A stretch of 62,569 nt of DNA, the filler included, from Squatina squatina (Eukaryota): assembly GCA_031763465.1 (NCBI GenBank). It is 3 parts of 3 records of this genome, joined end to end, with 100 filler letters (N's around TTAATTAATTAA, not from the genome) between each part and the next. Parts side by side here need not be neighbours in the genome. Positions count along the whole stretch, not along the records: positions 1 to 23,711 come from JARFOE010000016.1; 2 more parts are not named here. One strand, written 5' to 3'. The first letter of the stretch is position 1. Every line of letters begins with the position of its first letter. Both the position numbers and the translations under genes were made by a program. Under the pieces are notes generated by a model. The model did no database searches, was not told where the DNA came from, and saw only the letters and a list, made by a program, of their open reading frames with translations. This document shows, piece after piece, positions 11,781 to 23,811 of the stretch.

Positions 11781-14289
11781 CAAATATACAGAAAACCGTT
11801 TAACAGAACAGTTACCAGTGTAATTACTTCCTTCGGAACAGAAAAACTCAGAGGCATGTCAATTTTTCTCTCTTTGCTGTTTAAATTTAGATTTATCATT
11901 ATTCCAAGGTAAAGAAGCCTTAAGTGGTGATGTCAGAACAGTTTAGACACAGCTGCAAGTCTGGCAGCTAAAACATGCACTGAATCTGTCACAGAAAATT
12001 AGATGAACAGGGAGAACTTGCGGCCACCATTGGCAGGTCTACATGTTCAGATTGGGAACAAGTACAAACTCCTCATGAATGTGAATGTGGACCAGGAGAA
12101 ACACTGCCAGTTCCAATCCAGCTGCCAACCAATCACTGCAGCAGACAATAAACTAACAAGTCATTTGTCTGAAACACATTTACAGGAAGTATCTGATTTC
12201 TCTTCAAAGTTTAACAGCCCGTGATGATCATAATGCAAACTGTTTGTCACGAGACTCCTAGAACATTGACAGGTTGGGGTGGACCAGGGGTCATTCATTA
12301 AGACAATGCAAGGAAGAAGTGGGAGTAGGTTAGATGTTTGGCAGTTCTTATTTTCCTAGAGAGTAGTGAGCCTCTAGAATTTGTTGCTGGCTGNNNNNNN
12401 NNNNNNNNNNNNNNNNNNNNNNNNNNNNNNNNNNNNNNNNNNNNNNNNNNNNNNNNNNNNNNNNNNNNNNNNNNNNNNNNNNNNNNNNNNNNNACATTGG
12501 TCTATTTGCACCCCCGCCCCCCCCCTCACAAATGAGATTGGTCAGTTCAGGGCCATTATTCATTGAAAGTATTGAGTAAAAACTGTGTTAGTGAAATATA
12601 CACAGGACAAATGTTGGTAGTAAGCTAAATGGAAATGAATAGATAAGTCATTGAATCCTGATTATCGTAGTGGTTAAGTAAGGAAACATCAATACAGCCT
12701 AAGAGCCTGCTTTCTGCATTGACTGGCACAGCCTGTAGCACAATAGTGACGTCACCATTAATCTAGTATTAATCGGAATGAACATCACAGCCTGTCAGAG
12801 CCCATCAGGAGCACAGCGTGCAGTTCTGGTCACTGAACCCGAGGAAACATATTGCCCTTGAGAGGAGGTAGAGATAAGCAATGGAGAGGATTCTTGGTAT
12901 TGGGTATGTAGAAATGGTAAACGAGGATCATCCTGGAGGGCAGATCCAAGGTTTCTTTTCTCTTTTATCAACTGCCTCCTTAAACCCAGTCTCACCTCTA
13001 ACAACAAGTGCAAGGAGCTCATGGATTTCGTCATCGTCAATATAGAGCCATTTCTGCTGCTTCCCGTTTATTCCATTGCCCACCAAACTGCACCCCCATT
13101 TCTGTGTAGATTCTCTCCCATCTTGGGTGAATAGTTTTATTGAAGACCAGCACTGAGCTTTCAACCCTCGAAAATTCCACTGGCACCAGTGTTTGTTTTA
13201 TTTGAAGGGAAGTTCATCTGAATTCCACACTTCAAACAGTTCTTCGCTTAGAAGTAAATAAGGACATCCTGCAGTTTATCAACATGCTGCTGGTGACTGT
13301 GTCATAATCCCCTGCCATTTGCATGTTACAGGAAGTACAGTGCATGAAGCCTGCTGGGCTTAATAATTGTATCTCGGAACAAGTGTCTCCTTCACAATGG
13401 AGGCGAATGGTAATGTATGAGGAGGAGTGCACCTGTCACGTTTATTAGAAGCGTAAAAGATTCACTTTGGCATGCAGTCAAGCTTAAGAGGGAAAAGAGA
13501 TTCAAGAGTGTTACAGTTCGTGATTGCCACACACCTCAGAGTCCATTGCTGCAATTAAATCACACCCACCTGGATGACGGCCCAATAACTGTCAGTTACC
13601 TGAACAGGATAAGCTGTTACTCTACTGCCCCCAAACCATTTGTCAGTTCTACACGATCCCTGAATGTATTAGGTTTATTTCGCCTGACAAATTCTCTCAT
13701 TTTTTTTGATGTTCTAATTAGCTGCAATTTAATGCCTGAATGTCAGATTCAAATAATTAAGCTTTCTGGTTGTCAGCATTCGAAAGAGAAATATGTGTCA
13801 ACATTTGTAAATTGCCATGTTGGACAGCAAAGGTTAGCTGTAGGGAAAGAGAAAGAGTTTACAACCTGAGCATTTCAGTTTCCGTGCATCAGCAAAGTGT
13901 GAGATGCAGTTTTTGGTATTCAGCTACAGAAGANNNNNNNNNNNNNNNNNNNNNNNNNNNNNNNNNNNNNNNNNNNNNNNNNNNNNNNNNNNNNNNNNNN
14001 NNNNNNNNNNNNNNNNNNNNNNNNNNNNNNNNNGGAAACACAGGAGCCAATTTGCATGCAGCAAGCTCCCAAAAACAGAAGTGTGATAACGACCAGATAA
14101 TCTGTTTTTAGTGATGTTCTTTGAGGTATATAGACTGTGGTCATCTCCCTTTACTCAGCCCAGGTATTCATATATATTGTGGCCTTCTCTCATCCCAACC
14201 CAAAAGAGCATCTTTCACTCGCGCGATATTTTTTTCAGTTCCCACACCAGCCACCTCACAGCCACTCTAAATGATGCTGTCACCGCTGT

Positions 14290-14474
14290 ACTAAATCGAA
14301 GGCAATTTTGTGCTTTGGGACCATGCCCACAGAGTCTGGGTTGAGACTGTCCAATCTCATTTGTCATGCAGCCAACAGAGTGAAGGCTTACATTCCATCA
14401 GTCTGGACTGAAATTGAAGCCAGGTCCCAGCGATGAAAGGTCAGTGTCTAATCCATAGAACCGCCCAGTCACCC
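14290..14474 (-). mobile_element. Ancient tRNA-derived SINE, LF-SINE-like
   Basis: Minus strand has a tRNA-like head and aaatgagattggacagtctcaacccagactctgtgggcatggtcccaaagcacaaaattgcc, resembling the recalled LF-SINE core. Confidence 0.5.
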
Positions 14475-17400
14475 ATTACATCAAGATCTGTCAGGTTTAA
14501 AATTACATTCTGAAAAGGAATTATTGCTCTCAGCCACATCACCGTCAGACAGCAATAAAAACTGGTTCCTTCTCTCTGGAATTCCCTCCCCAAACCCCTC
14601 TGCCTATCTGCTTCCCTCCCTGCCCTTTAAAAGTATTNNNNNNNNNNNNNNNNNNNNNNNNNNNNNNNNNNNNNNNNNNNNNNNNNNNNNNNNNNNNNNN
14701 NNNNNNNNNNNNNNNNNNNNNNNNNNNNNNNNNNNNNCCGTCCAAAGGTCAGTTATGAGTGGCAGAGAGTGCAGGATATATCTGCTGCCAAATAAAGGCT
14801 GTTTATTCCCGGAATGTTGCGGGCCGTCAAAGGACTTTGCATTTCATCCCACAGCATATCGCCATCTGCACTCCCCAAATCATTGGGGGCTGGTGTGCAG
14901 ATTCCAGTGATCCTCCCCTTCAGTGGTTGGAAGGCGCCTTCACCAGTGCTCACTTCTGAATACACAACACCTCATATTCGTTATCATTTGGAGCCTAACA
15001 CCACTCACCTATGCCATTCACGCCTGATTTAGCGCTCCCCTGCATTCTTTCAGCACTGAGACTGCATTTAGCGGGCAGCATGATTGATTAGCACCTGATA
15101 CTACACTTCCAACTTTTTAAAAGTTCGCAACCGGTGGTTCTACCGAAGTACCTGCACGATGATTCTATAAATGCCTATCACCTATGTGAGTAATTTGTGA
15201 CATGATAAGTGTAGTGCTTTGGAGGTACAGGTGACTGTGGACCTATGATTTCTAAAGCTCTCCACTGCTGGGGGTTTTCCTCGCATCATGTCTGAGTCTG
15301 TTGCAGACTAATTGACAGAGATTGATTGGTCATATCATACCAGCACCAGGGTGGTAGAAGGTGAACTAAATGGACCTTGGTCTTCTTTCATCTAACAATT
15401 CCTGTGTTCCTATATGGTGTAGGATTCCTGAGAGTAGCCTTGGGTTGTGATTGTCGTTAGTGAAACATTGACAAATAGGGTGAAATTATCCCAGACCCCC
15501 GTACTACATAGAGTCCTTATACACAGAAGGCAGTTTATTGGGAAGTTGTGGGTGTGCTGAGAATTTCCAACCATCGGTCTCAATGGTTTATAATGAAACA
15601 TAATAAAACTTTTGAAAAAATAAATTGCACTGTAATAAACTTTTAAGACATGATGAATAACACTGATGGACATTTGAGTTAAAGGAATTGAGAGGCTTGT
15701 GGGAATTGAAGATAAAACAGATGGAGCTGCAACTTTATCGCAAATGTCAGCGGTAAGAGGACCCAGCTGGACACCACAGATGTTATCTGAACAAGGTCCG
15801 GAAAGCCAGATGGTCTCCAAGTATTGGGAGCCTGGAGACCAATAAGAGTAACAGACCCTCTTATATGCCCCTGAAATTATGGTGTTGCAATGAAAAACTC
15901 CCTTCGGGATGAAAACAATGAGCACTTGGCTAAAAATGCAAACAGAACATCATGGTGAGAACATGGTGACTGAAAATGAAATAAAAGCCCAAGTCTACGT
16001 TTAAGGGGGCTTATATAGTTTTACAAAAACAATATACTCCACATTTGTAAAGGTTAATGAGGTGCGGTTTCCTTTAGGAGCTATTTTTAATGAAATTGTA
16101 AAGTAATTTGGAAGAATGAACTTCTCTGCTCAGGTCATCATTCTGGAAGAGCATAGATTGCAAAGGAGGTGGCAGTTCTGTGAATTATGATCATGAAGAA
16201 AGTTGGACAAAAGGCTGGAAGAGAGGCAACTATCAAACCATGGAGCTGGTGCTATTTTCATCCAACAAGACCCGCAACGGCAAAGTAGGACACACACTTC
16301 TCCTTGTTCCAGATACTCTGTGAGGAATGTTTCCCAAGAGATGTGTGGAGCAAGGAGTGAGCCAACTTTGAAATTGAAATATCAATTATTCAACAAGTGG
16401 CAATATAGCCTGGAATGAAAATTGGAGTCTCTCCAAATTCAGCAGCAAGCTGGAGATCATAAAGCTAAATCAGTAGATAAAGTCCCAATTGACACAGGAG
16501 GGGAACTACAAAGATGAAGCAACGCAGAGAACATCATTAGGACTATAGGTCCACCCAAAGTTCACAACTTCCCACTCGAATATTAATGTACTCCAAGAAA
16601 AACCAGACAACACGTATTCTGAGGACAAACTGAGGCGTGCACTACTGCAGGCTTCATTAATAGACTTCTAAAATAAAAGTANNNNNNNNNNNNNNNNNNN
16701 NNNNNNNNNNNNNNNNNNNNNNNNNNNNNNNNNNNNNNNNNNNNNNNNNNNNNNNNNNNNNNNNNNNNNNNNNNNNNNNNNAGGACCACCTAGTTTGAAA
16801 TCTTGAACAAAACGTCCACAGATGCAAGTTGCCTCTGCCTGCAGTGAATGTCACAGGCCCGCTTATTTGCTCAATTATATCTGGTCTCGGGATAAAAATA
16901 CCCTCTCAATGTGTTTCACCATAATCATTAGTATGCGATCTTCATCCCAGCACAACAATTCTGTTTTAATAGAAGCATCTGACTTGCAGGGTGTAAAATG
17001 AACCATTAAAAAGGAATGCTTTATGCTTATTCATGAGATTCAAATTGGCACTTCCTATATAATGTACTAATTATTAATAAGAATGTGCTTGGAACATTTC
17101 CAATCTTCCTTCCCAATCTAAATTTTCTGCTGTTTTGCCTTTCTCTTCAAGTCTTCCTTCAGCTCCCACAGTCCTAAGTTCCTATAACACCTTCAACTGC
17201 AGTTTTCTCCATTTCTTCACTGGGCAAAACAGAGAGGAGACATAATCCAGCAGAAATGGATGAAATAAACCTCGGAACAGGAGGAATCCATTCAGCCCCT
17301 CCAGCCTGTTCTGTCATTCAGTTATATCTTGCTGGATCTGGATCTTGACTCCATCTATCAGCCTTGGTTCCATAACNNNNNNNNNNNNNNNNNNNNNNNN

Positions 17401-17476
17401 NNNNNNNNNNNNNNNNNNNNNNNNNNNNNNNNNNNNNNNNNNNNNNNNNNNNNNNNNNNNNNNNNNNNNNNNNNNN

Positions 17477-17640
17477 TCTGCCTCTCTATCTCTCCTCCTT
17501 TAAGATGTTCCTTTTAGTCATCTGTTCTAATTTCTCCTTATGTGGCTCAGTGTCAAATTTTGTCTGACAACGTTCCTGTTAAGGGCCTTGGGATGTTTCA
17601 CTACATTAAAGGCACTATGTAAATACAAGTTGCTGTTATC
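17477..17640 (+). mobile_element. L2-clade LINE 3' tail
   Basis: tgtggctcagtgtcaaattttgtctgac...aaaggcactatgtaaatacaagttgctgtt. Confidence 0.7.
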
Positions 17641-19011
17641 AATTTGGACCCATTTCTCAGATGCTAACTGGCCAACTAAAACCCCCAATCTGGCAGGTGG
17701 GGAGCTTATGCGTATTTTTGGCCAGAAGTGCATCATATTGGTAAAGGAAAAAAAATAGGTGTCCAGGGCCCACGCCTGAAAATTTTACATTACAACTGTG
17801 ACTACACTTCAAAAGGTAATATGCTGGCTGTAGAACTGTGATGGGATTTTCTGAGCTCAGGAAAGTTTCTGTGTAAGTCCGGGTTCTTTTTATTTCTTAT
17901 AGGCTCCAAGTTCCTGAAACAGTATTTGAACCCACTGCCTACCGGGCAAGAGTGCGACCAGCTGAGTTAAGGGGACATGATGGTTAGAATTCATACATTC
18001 CTGGGAGCTGGATACAGTTCAGAAAGGAAACTGAACTGCATTTGCAATGCAATTTTTTTTCAATGCTATTTTTTGCACAAAAAAAAAATGCCTTCTGAGC
18101 CCACATCTAAGCCTATTGTGGCCAGCTGGTCCCAGATACTGATTCTTCCTAATGCCAAGTTTCAGCAGGGGTCTGAAGGCCACTGCAGTGATGGTCAGAA
18201 ACAGGTCCAATTTTTTTTTTTGTGTGTGTGTGCAAAAGAGCAAGCCAATTTCATCTTTCCTGCTGTCACCGCCTGAATTATAAATGAGAGTTGGCCAGGA
18301 CAAAGAGAGAGGGAGATCGTAAAAAGCCCAGAGCTCCACGTGTTAGAATTCAAGTCAAAAAAGACAAATGCTCATTTCAAATGAGTTCTGATTCCCCTCT
18401 GAGCCAAGTCAAGGGTNNNNNNNNNNNNNNNNNNNNNNNNNNNNNNNNNNNNNNNNNNNNNNNNNNNNNNNNNNNNNNNNNNNNNNNNNNNNNNNNNNNN
18501 NNNNNNNNNNNNNNNNCGTGCTGGTGGGCTGCACCATGGGTTTTGACCCTTGACCTTGACTTTTTGTACAAAAGATATTCTGTACTCTACCATTCCCAGG
18601 CTATTTATTGACCACATTCCACATATATTAAACTTATTTTAGGAAAGGAAAATAGCAATATAAATGCAATGGATGGAAGCAATTTGCCCGAAGATGCAGC
18701 CAACTTTGGGTTGCTCATGTGTTTTGTTTATATCACGGATGTGGATTGCTATTTTAGTAACTGGTATCACTTATCTAAATTCACCAGCCATTTGCCTCAA
18801 GCAACCACTGTGGTTCACCTTTGAAGATGCCAGAATTCCCCGCAGATTGCTCTATCGAGACACCATGTAAAAGACAATTAAGTTATTGGAGGCCGACTAC
18901 AGCGTTCACCGGGAATTTTTTTTTTAATGTCATTTTGCTTCTTGGCATCCTCTGATTCATTGACAATTGGAGATAAATAAATATATATGAATAATGAATA
19001 TATACACATGC

Positions 19012-19038
19012 ATATATATATATATATATATATATATA
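19012..19038. repeat. (TA)n microsatellite abutting a SINE head
   Basis: Perfect TA run followed directly by gctgcggctcagtggttagc. Confidence 0.9.
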
Positions 19039-19808
19039 GCTGCGGCTCAGTGGTTAGCTCTTTCGCCTCTGAATCAGAGAGTTGTGGATTTAGCACACAA
19101 ATCCCGGGCGTGCTGGGGGCGTNNNNNNNNNNNNNNNNNNNNNNNNNNNNNNNNNNNNNNNNNNNNNNNNNNNNNNNNNNNNNNNNNNNNNNNNNNNNNN
19201 NNNNNNNNNNNNNNNNNNNNNNCTGTCCCTTCACCAATGTAATTTTGATAGTTAAAAGCCATATGGTTGAGAGTTAACCATTACACATTGGACTGAGACC
19301 TATGATCAGCATCTTTCGAGCTGTTTTCGATTAATTTCGCAAGAATAGGTTCACTTTGTTTGCTGTGTGTTTTGACAGATTATGGACATGTGGACAGAGG
19401 AACGAGAAGAGTATCAGACCCACCCCCAAGCCAGTCGAAGGTGCAGCCTCACATACCATTCACACATCCCCTTAGTATCCGTGAGAGATGTTTAAAAACA
19501 AGAGAAAAACCTACAGCCTATTCAAGAAAAACTCCAGGAAATTCTTTCCTAACTCCTTAAGGCAATCAAACAAGCTCCAGGAGATGACAATTGTTCATGA
19601 CTCATCACAATCTCAGCTACAAGTAACTTATCCACTATAAATGCAAATATCCTTTCTTAGGCACTAGTCAGCTTCTTTTTTAAAAGGACTACAGTGACTT
19701 CACACTTGATTATTAAAGAGGCACAGTTGGGTTCAGCAATGGCTCAGTGAGTAAGTACACCATATGGCGAGTGAACGGTGCTGTTCATATCAGGAAAGTT
19801 CCCAGATC

Positions 19809-20270
19809 TAAGAACATAAGAAATAGGAGTAGACCATAAGGCCCCTCAAGCCTGCTCCGCCATTCAATGAGATCATGGCTGATCTTCGACCTCAACTCCA
19901 CTTTACCGCCTGATCCCCCTATCCGTTGATTCCCTTAATGCCCAAAAATCTATTAATCTCAGCTTTGAATAAAATCAATGACTGAGCATCCACAGCCCTC
20001 TGGGGTACAAAATTCCAAAGATTCACAACTTTTTGAGTGAAGAACTTTCTCCTCCTCTCAGTCCAAATGGCCAACCCCTTATCCTGAGATTGTGGCCCTG
20101 TGTTCTAGACTCTCCAACCATGAGAAACAGCTTTAAGCATTTACCCTGTCAAACCCTCTCAGAATCTTATATGTTTCAATGAGATCACCTCCCATTCGTC
20201 TGAACCTCAGAGTATAGGCCCAGTCTACTCAATCTCTCCTCAAAGGACAAATCTCTCCTCCCAGGAATCC
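19809..20270 (-). mobile_element. CR1-clade LINE 3' end, apparently inserted in an older SINE
   Basis: aagaacataagaaataggag tail and cctgctccgccattcaatgagatcatggctgatc. A SINE-like head ends at about 19808 and SINE-like sequence resumes after 20270. Confidence 0.8.
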
Positions 20271-20519
20271 ATCAATTTGATCCCCAGACTGCACTGTGTT
20301 AATTAATCACAGCCAGGGCAGGGATTGGAGGTCACAACGATTGTCTATGGGCTGGGAAGGGGACAATCGGCCATGTTTTACATTTCCAATTTTCGTCTAG
20401 TGCCCCAGCTGGGAATGTAAATGGGATCATGGCAAGATTTTGCTCCACTGTGTTTCTGTTCATAGTGACACTCACTTTCTAGCATCATTCCGAAAGTATT
20501 ATTTTATTATTTGTTATTG

Positions 20520-21140
20520 GGTTATGGGTGATGTCGGCAAGGCCAGTTATTGCCCATCCCCAGTTGTCCTGGTGTGGTGGTCATGGTGGGGGCCTTCTCG
20601 TAGAACTCCTGCAGTCCTTGTGGTGATTGCACTCCCACAGTGAGGTGAGGTAGGGAATTCCAAGATTTTGACCAGGTGACGATTAAGGAACTGACGATAT
20701 ATATCCAAGACAAGATAATGTGTGACTCGGAGAGGAAAATGGAGGAGATGGTGTTTCTGCTCTTGTCCGTCTTGGTGGGAAAGGTCACACAATGTGCTGT
20801 TGAAGTAATCTTCATGAGTTGGTACTGTGCATCCTGTAGATTGTACATGCTGCAGCCATAGTGCACCAGTGGTGGGCGGGATGNNNNNNNNNNNNNNNNN
20901 NNNNNNNNNNNNNNNNNNNNNNNNNNNNNNNNNNNNNNNNNNNNNNNNNNNNNNNNNNNNNNNNNNNNNNNNNNNNNNNNNNNTCCAGTAATTGAGGATG
21001 GGGGTTGCAACATTCTGAAGGGATTGTCTACAGTCTCCAGGCTAACACTCAGACCTATGGACTGATAGGAAGAGTGTTTGTTTTCATAGTTACTGATATG
21101 GTGAGTACTTGCAATGTGATCTGAGCCAAAGCTAAGCATT
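20520..21140 (-). mobile_element. CR1-group LINE (second family), degraded 3' and internal fragments
   Basis: ttattgcccatccc tail shared with 52780-52880 and 62215-62320; remnant ORF2 C-terminus; spans a gap. Confidence 0.7.
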
Positions 21141-21364
21141 TATCCATGGGGAGAGGGATGAAGAGATATGGAAGGTAAATTGGTGGGTAGACCACCTCCC
21201 TCATGTCCGTTCTTCCTAACAGTTGCACAGCAATACCTCATAGATTACCTCATGGACTTGTTCTTACCCTTGGAGTGATACCCAGCACATGGTGAAAACC
21301 TGTAACATTTAAGTCACTTGAAACAGACTTCAGGCTGCTGATTACTTACTTTTTTTGTGTTGTT

Positions 21365-22560
21365 GCTCGTCCTGTCTGAGACCCACTTCCTGCTCCCTTG
21401 ACCCTATTCCCACCAAACTGCTGAGCACCCAACTTCCTTTTCTGGTTCCCATGTTAGCTGATATTGTGAACGGTTCTCTCTCCTTAGGTACTGTTGCCCT
21501 CTCCCTCATATCTGCTGTTATCATCCCTCTTCTCAAAAAAACCATCCTTCGACCTCTCCATCCTTGCAAACTACCTCCCCATCTGCAACCTCCCTTTCCT
21601 CTCCAGTCCTTGAACGTGTTGTCGCCTCCCAAATCTATGCCCATCTTTCCCACAATTCCATGTTTGAATCCCTCCAATCCAGAGATCCTTTGTGACTGTG
21701 ACAAAGGCAAACTATTGCTCCTCACGTTCTTGTCTGCAGCCTTTGACATGGTTGACTGCTCTATCCTTCTCTAACGCCTCTCCACCATCATCCAGCTGGG
21801 TGGGACTGCACTCGCCGGGTTCCATTCTTATCTATCTAATTGTAGCNNNNNNNNNNNNNNNNNNNNNNNNNNNNNNNNNNNNNNNNNNNNNNNNNNNNNN
21901 NNNNNNNNNNNNNNNNNNNNNNNNNNNNNNNNNNNNNNNNNNNNNNCCTCCAACGCCTCTCCACTGTCGTCCAGCTGGGTGGGACTGCACTCGCCTGGTT
22001 GCATTCTAATCTATCTAATCGTAGCCAGAAAATCACCTGCAACGACTTCACTTTCTGCTTCTGCACAGTTACCTCGTGTCCCCCAAGGATCTAGCCTTGG
22101 CCCCTTCCTATTTCTCATCTACATGCTGACCCTCATTGTCATCATCTGAAAACACAGCTTCAGTTTCCACATGTACGCTGACGACATGCAGTACTGGATG
22201 ATCAGAAATTTCCTCCAACTAACTATTGGGATGACCAAAGCAATTGTCTTCAGTCCCCGCCATTAACGTCGTTTCCTAGCCACCAACTCCATCCTTCTCT
22301 CTAGCAACCGCCTGAGGCCGAACCAGACTGTTCGGAACCATGAAGTCATATTTGACACGGGTGTGCTTCCGACTGCATATTACAAAGACCGCCCATTTCA
22401 ACCTCCGTAACATCGCCCGACTGCCCTTGCCTCAGCTCATCTGCTGCTTATCCGTGCCTTTGTTACCTCGAGACTTAGCTATCCCAGTGCACTCCTGGCT
22501 GGCCTCCCACGTTCTACTCTCCAGAAACTTGAGGTCATCTAATACTCGGCTGCCCCTCTG
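21365..22560 (+). mobile_element. L2-clade LINE ORF2 (RT) fragments
   Basis: PTSCSLDPIPTKLLSTQLPFLVPMLADIVNGSLS, LSAAFDMVD, VPQGS.LGP and HMYADD remnants, frameshifted. Two different copies flank the gap. Confidence 0.9.
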
Positions 22561-22674
22561 ACAGTACAGCACTCNNNNNNNNNNNNNNNNNNNNNNNNNN
22601 NNNNNNNNNNNNNNNNNNNNNNNNNNNNNNNNNNNNNNNNNNNNNNNNNNNNNNNNNNNNNNNNNNNNNNNNNN

Positions 22675-23125
22675 CATGCCAGAGATCGTGCCGACAAGGG
22701 GTGGAGGGTTTCTTCCCAGACGATTGGAAGGCAGACATCGACCAACTTCGATGTTGGCCGACGCGTAGAGGTGGCGTCCAATGGCGTGGGCCAAGCGCCT
22801 TTAAGGGTCCTTTGCTACAACAGGGGAAACCTGTTGTAGCCTGCGCAAGTGGTGCTGGGGAGGAGGCTGCCTGCAAATCCGGAGGCGGCGCCCCTGTGGG
22901 GCACAGGGGGAGTTGAGGACAGGCGCAGAAGGGTTGGCACGCGATGTTATGATGTCGCGCGCCAGCCCCTGCACCACCGATGACGGAGCATTTATACCAC
23001 CGACGTCACAGGCCCTATTCTTATATTTCCATTCTTAGGCCTTACGCTGATGTCACACCCGTGTTGTGCCGCTATTTAGAGCAACCTGGGCATGAGGTCA
23101 GACCAATTGCAGCCGCTAAATTTCT
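22675..23125. mobile_element. GC/CpG-rich MITE-like fragment
   Basis: CpG-rich block with cctttaaggg and gatgtcg/gacgtca motifs like 33543-34218. Confidence 0.5.
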
Positions 23126-23711
23126 ATCTGTAACACAAATCCCCCTCTTCTCCGAAATTCCCACCTTTTCCAAATAAAACACTCTGTTTAACTTGCTCCG
23201 GTTGAGACACTCTGTNNNNNNNNNNCAGATCATCTGAAAGACGGCTCGCCCAATAGTGCAGCATTGGTGTGACAGCCTAGATTTTTGTGCTCAAGTCTTT
23301 GGAACCTTAAACCCACAAACCTTCTGATTCAAAGGCGAGAATGCTACCCATAGAGCCACGGCAAACACCTAATCCTAGCTGACGGGGATATCAAGGTAGA
23401 TGATTCATTGATGGTGTGACACGCAACTGTGTCTCCACCAGGCTCCACTGTGGCAACGCAATCATCGACCGCAGAAGAAATGAACCCTTCCATCAAATTA
23501 AAGGGCAGTGCATTTGGAAAGATAAAAGGGCCTTTTCACCGGCTAATGTTTAAAGCTTTCATTTTAATTGAAAACTTAATGGAAAACTGTGTTTCCCCCA
23601 TTAGGAGCACTATGCGTTTTAGAAACAACTGGTGTACGCGCAAGAGGGTGGCGATGGATCTCCCAGTGGAGATCAGCAGTGTAACACTCCTAAGTGTAAG
23701 AGATCTCATTA

Positions 23712-23811
23712 NNNNNNNNNNNNNNNNNNNNNNNNNNNNNNNNNNNNNNNNNNNNTTAATTAATTAANNNNNNNNNNNNNNNNNNNNNNNNNNNNNNNNN
23801 NNNNNNNNNNN
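23712..23811. other. Artificial scaffold linker (44 N + TTAATTAATTAA + 44 N)
   Basis: 12-mer at 23756-23767 giving stops in all six frames, centred in a 100-base gap. Identical construct at 49796-49895. Confidence 0.95.

Noticed and set aside
13417-13869. 150-aa plus-strand ORF
   Set aside because: No domain similarity; the region looks more like non-coding regulatory sequence.
18800-18870. RTE-like peptide FEDARIPRRLLYRD
   Set aside because: Too short to support a feature call without a search.
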